DNA of 29,224 bases, from assembly GCA_039683575.1 (NCBI GenBank), contig JBDKRC010000026.1, positions 1 through 29,224 on the forward strand. The letters run 5' to 3'. Shown piece after piece: positions 26,466 to 29,224 of this stretch. The stretch comes from Armatimonadia bacterium (GTDB taxonomy: Bacteria; Armatimonadota; Zipacnadia; Zipacnadales; UBA11051). The notes below the pieces were generated by a model. The model was not told the origin of the DNA, searched no databases, and saw nothing but the letters and a program-made list of their open reading frames with translations. The position numbers and the translations under genes were made by a program. Positions within the stretch are counted from its first letter, which is position 1. Every line of letters starts with the position of its first letter.

Positions 26466-26654
26466 GAGGCAGAACGGGAGAACAATCGTCGGGCATCCCG
26501 ACGCCGAGTGGCCAAGAAAAGCAGCCGGCTGCTCAGATACCATACCTGGCACGCTGGCTGCCCTCGGCCAGTTGTGGCATAGACGCGATCAGCGGTAGGG
26601 CACAAGTCGCAGTCATTCGCCAACTGTGATGGAGACTTGCTGCCAAAGAGGATA

Positions 26655-27731
26655 CTACTGATATTCAACCCGTATTCCGCTGTTGATCACGATCTCCATT
26701 CCGGTAATATTCAGATCGTCCAAATCTATATACTGGTTGGTAAACTCGCCATTGGTTTCTACTAAGCCCTCGTCAAGAACGAAGGCTTTCGTTTCTCCGG
26801 CATCATGAATCTCTGCGGCATCCACAAAGACTCTCCCAGAGATGCCGGAGGCTTTCAGGTAATATGCAACGCCATTCCAGGGCCGATCACCGGAGTTGCT
26901 GATGCGTATGGTTCGACCCTCCCGACCGTACTTGGCCTCGAAAGGCTTGACGGTGGGCGTTGCCACAGGGTCCCCGACCAACTCCAGTGTGATGGGTGCT
27001 CCGGCTGAGTACGCGGCCATAGGCGAATCATACCCCGGTGTTAGGATCCCAGAATGGGGGTCGGTTGCGCCTCCGGCGGTCGGTGTATGCATGGGCTCCT
27101 GCGGGCGAGCAACCGCAGTGCTGGATTGCTGTGCGAGACGAGCCACTGGCGCAGACTTCGCCTCTGCAGGTTTCTCAGTTCTTTGGAGATGAGGCAGCAG
27201 CGCCGCGGAGGCAATCACGAGTACAAGTAGAATGGCCAGCGGAAGGCTACTGAATGGTCGCTTGTCATCGTGTTGCGTAGTAAACGCCCCAACCAACACC
27301 CCAATGAGCCAAAATGGGGACTGGAGCAGCCAGAATGGGAGAAATACCAGGAACAATATTCCCGCTGCCGCTGCATGAGCACTCCTGGCAACGGTCTCGG
27401 CCTCATGCATTCTCGCTATCGCATCAAACACCGAAGCCAAGAGCATTGTGCTGATCTGAGCGGGTATGCCCGCGACTACGTACAAGGTTGCCAGAATGAT
27501 GCAGATCAGGACACTGACAAGGAGCATCACGCACGGAGCAAGCCACGGAGCTTCCCACTCAATGTCTCGCAGTCCCTGAAGGTACAGATATAGCGGCCGT
27601 TGATATGGGTTATCAGGTAGCACCTCCGACCCCGAATTCTGCGGTTCTGGCTCAGCCACTTGTGGCCCCGTCGCCGAAGAATAGCTGCGTCCCTTGCTTA
27701 ATGCCATCGTTATCTGCTCCCATGATGCCAT
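26655..27731 (-). CDS. Hypothetical multi-TM membrane protein with a C-terminal soluble domain (lower GC)
   Basis: GGAGG RBS before ATG 27731. Several hydrophobic helices, a P/A/T linker, then a beta-rich C-terminus. 24/60 GC at 26701-26760. Confidence 0.65.
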   Translation of the reverse strand: MASWEQITMALSKGRSYSSATGPQVAEPEPQNSGSEVLPDNPYQRPLYLYLQGLRDIEWEAPWLAPCVMLLVSVLICIILATLYVVAGIPAQISTMLLASVFDAIARMHEAETVARSAHAAAAGILFLVFLPFWLLQSPFWLIGVLVGAFTTQHDDKRPFSSLPLAILLVLVIASAALLPHLQRTEKPAEAKSAPVARLAQQSSTAVARPQEPMHTPTAGGATDPHSGILTPGYDSPMAAYSAGAPITLELVGDPVATPTVKPFEAKYGREGRTIRISNSGDRPWNGVAYYLKASGISGRVFVDAAEIHDAGETKAFVLDEGLVETNGEFTNQYIDLDDLNITGMEIVINSGIRVEYQ

Positions 27732-27870
27732 TCTGGCCCCTCCACTAGCGTCGGCGCACCCGCACGGGTTACTGGAGGTTACGGAAGGCACGGTTAGCCT
27801 GCTATCGTTATTCTCTGGGGCCACAAAGTCGCCGGCCAGTTTGTCTTCTGTCCTTCTGTTTTCGCCGTTT

Positions 27871-28902
27871 CTACTTGTAGAAGCCGCTGGCTTTTTTGCA
27901 GGCCTGGGTTACGCGGACTACTTCGAAGGCCTCTTCGGGCTTTACTACCATCGGCTTGTTCTGGCGGAGGACGGCGTAGACGTTGTCGTAGAAGTCGCCG
28001 ATGCTCTTGCCGACGGTCGGGACCTCTTCTTCCATCCACTTGAGCTTCTCATCAACCACGTAGCTGCGGTCGGGGGTGGGCTTTTCCATGACCTTGTACT
28101 GGCCGGCCCTCTTGGGGTCGAACCAGGCGATCTTGCTGGTCTTGCCGTCGGAGACGAGGGTCCCGTTGCTGCCGAGAATGGTCCACTTGGGCTCGGGGAA
28201 CTTGCAGACGCTGGAGACTTCCATGTCGTACACGCGGCCGTTGTCGGCGCGGAGGAGGACCTTGACGTGGTCCTCGACGTCGCCATAGGACGCGATCTGC
28301 TTGAGGTCGCAGAAGACGTCCTTGACCGGGGAGCCGAGGAGCTGCAGGCCGATGTCGAGGAAGTGGGGGCAGGTGTTGTTGAGGACGCCGCCGTCGTGCT
28401 TGCGCAGGGTCTGCCAGTCATAGCGCCGGCCGAAGCCGAAGGCGCGCATGCGGATCTCAAAGACGTCGCCGATGCGCTTACTCTTGATGATCTCGAGCAG
28501 GTGGCGGGTCTCGGGGAAGAAGCGGTAGTTGTGGTGGATCATCAGCTTCTGGCCGGTCTTCTCGGCGGTGGCGAGCATCTTCTTCGCGTCGGCGACGCTG
28601 TCGGCGATGGGCTTTTCGCAGATCGCGGTGCGTCCGCTCTTGAGGGTATCGATGCTGAGTTGGGCGTGGGTGTCGCTGAAGGTCGCGACGACGACGGCTT
28701 CACAGTCGCCGCCCTTGAGCAGGGCCTGGGCGTCCGCGAAGGTCTCGCAGCCGAATTCCTTCTCAGCTTCCTTGCGACGGGCGGCGATGAAGTCGGTCAC
28801 AGCGGTGATCTTGAAGCGGTCATCGCCGCGCAGCCGCCGGATGTGGATGTCCCAGCCGGAGCGGCCGAGGCCGATGACGCCGATCTTGATGGGGGTCTTC
28901 AT
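27871..28902 (-). CDS. Gfo/Idh/MocA-family oxidoreductase
   Basis: AGGAG RBS. IKIGVIGLGRSG, ICEKP, HHNYRF, GGVLNNTCPHFLD. Confidence 0.95.
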   Translation of the reverse strand: MKTPIKIGVIGLGRSGWDIHIRRLRGDDRFKITAVTDFIAARRKEAEKEFGCETFADAQALLKGGDCEAVVVATFSDTHAQLSIDTLKSGRTAICEKPIADSVADAKKMLATAEKTGQKLMIHHNYRFFPETRHLLEIIKSKRIGDVFEIRMRAFGFGRRYDWQTLRKHDGGVLNNTCPHFLDIGLQLLGSPVKDVFCDLKQIASYGDVEDHVKVLLRADNGRVYDMEVSSVCKFPEPKWTILGSNGTLVSDGKTSKIAWFDPKRAGQYKVMEKPTPDRSYVVDEKLKWMEEEVPTVGKSIGDFYDNVYAVLRQNKPMVVKPEEAFEVVRVTQACKKASGFYK

Positions 28903-28989
28903 GGTTGGCTCCTGTGCCAGAGAATGCGGGGGAGGTTCGTCGCAGGTGAAGAGATACCTGCGCGCGAAGAAGTTTTGCACTAAAGTGTG

Positions 28990-29062
28990 CGCGTGGTAGG
29001 CATGCTCCGCATGCCGGACTCAGCGATGGTTGTTCCGGGATGCGGAGCATGCCTACCACGCG
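28990..29062. repeat. REP doublet / long inverted repeat in a divergent intergenic region
   Basis: 29-bp arms (28990-29018 / 29034-29062) with 1 mismatch and a 15-nt loop. Left arm has GTGG and an inner hairpin GGCATGC-TCC-GCATGCC. Confidence 0.85.
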
Positions 29063-29091
29063 GGTTCTGAAGGCTGCGAATGGAGGGCGCC

Positions 29092-29224
29092 ATGAATGAG
29101 CAGTGGTCTGAGCAGGAGAAGGCGCGGCTGCGCGAGGATGCTCTGCGGCTGATCATCCCGCACTTTGCGAGTAATGCTGAACTGGCGAAGGGGCCTAAGG
29201 TGTTTGTGCGCGGGGAGGGGTGCT
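29092..29224 (+). CDS. Probable class-III PLP aminotransferase, N-terminus only (not in the ORF track)
   Basis: GGAGG RBS. MNEQWSEQEKARLREDALRLIIPHFASNAELAKGPKVFVRGEGC; P.VFVRGEG is typical of class-III aminotransferase N-termini. Confidence 0.65.
   Translation, partial: MNEQWSEQEKARLREDALRLIIPHFASNAELAKGPKVFVRGEGC

Overview
GC-rich bacterial chromosomal segment. The DUF1559/H-X9-DG pilin-like genes with an '[14 protein letters not shown]' N-terminus and a DUF6785/6784 membrane protein suggest an Armatimonadota-like host (inference). It holds the 3' part of pheT, an intact thrS, and catabolic or envelope genes: a beta-propeller glycosidase-like lipoprotein, an EamA transporter, a URO-D-family protein, an epimerase, two GNATs, a GH106-like hydrolase, tandem M55 D-aminopeptidases, a Gfo/Idh/MocA oxidoreductase and a partial class-III aminotransferase. 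Most notable: (1) the last ~117 nt of thrS recur 1.26 kb downstream as a frameshifted copy with mostly synonymous differences, bracketing a lower-GC, integrase-less islet that encodes a HEPN-like (RxxxxH) protein and a Cys-rich membrane protein; (2) the thrS leader has a promoter, a 16-aa uORF with tandem Thr codons and a strong terminator, a candidate leader-peptide attenuator; (3) pilin-like genes sit beside glycan catabolism and transport genes; (4) many REP/REPIN-like palindromes, including two ~98-bp elements with inverted flanks but co-oriented cores; (5) a secreted protein with TGFG repeats. No tRNA, rRNA, CRISPR array or integrase/transposase was recognised. All family calls come from motif recognition by eye, not database searches.
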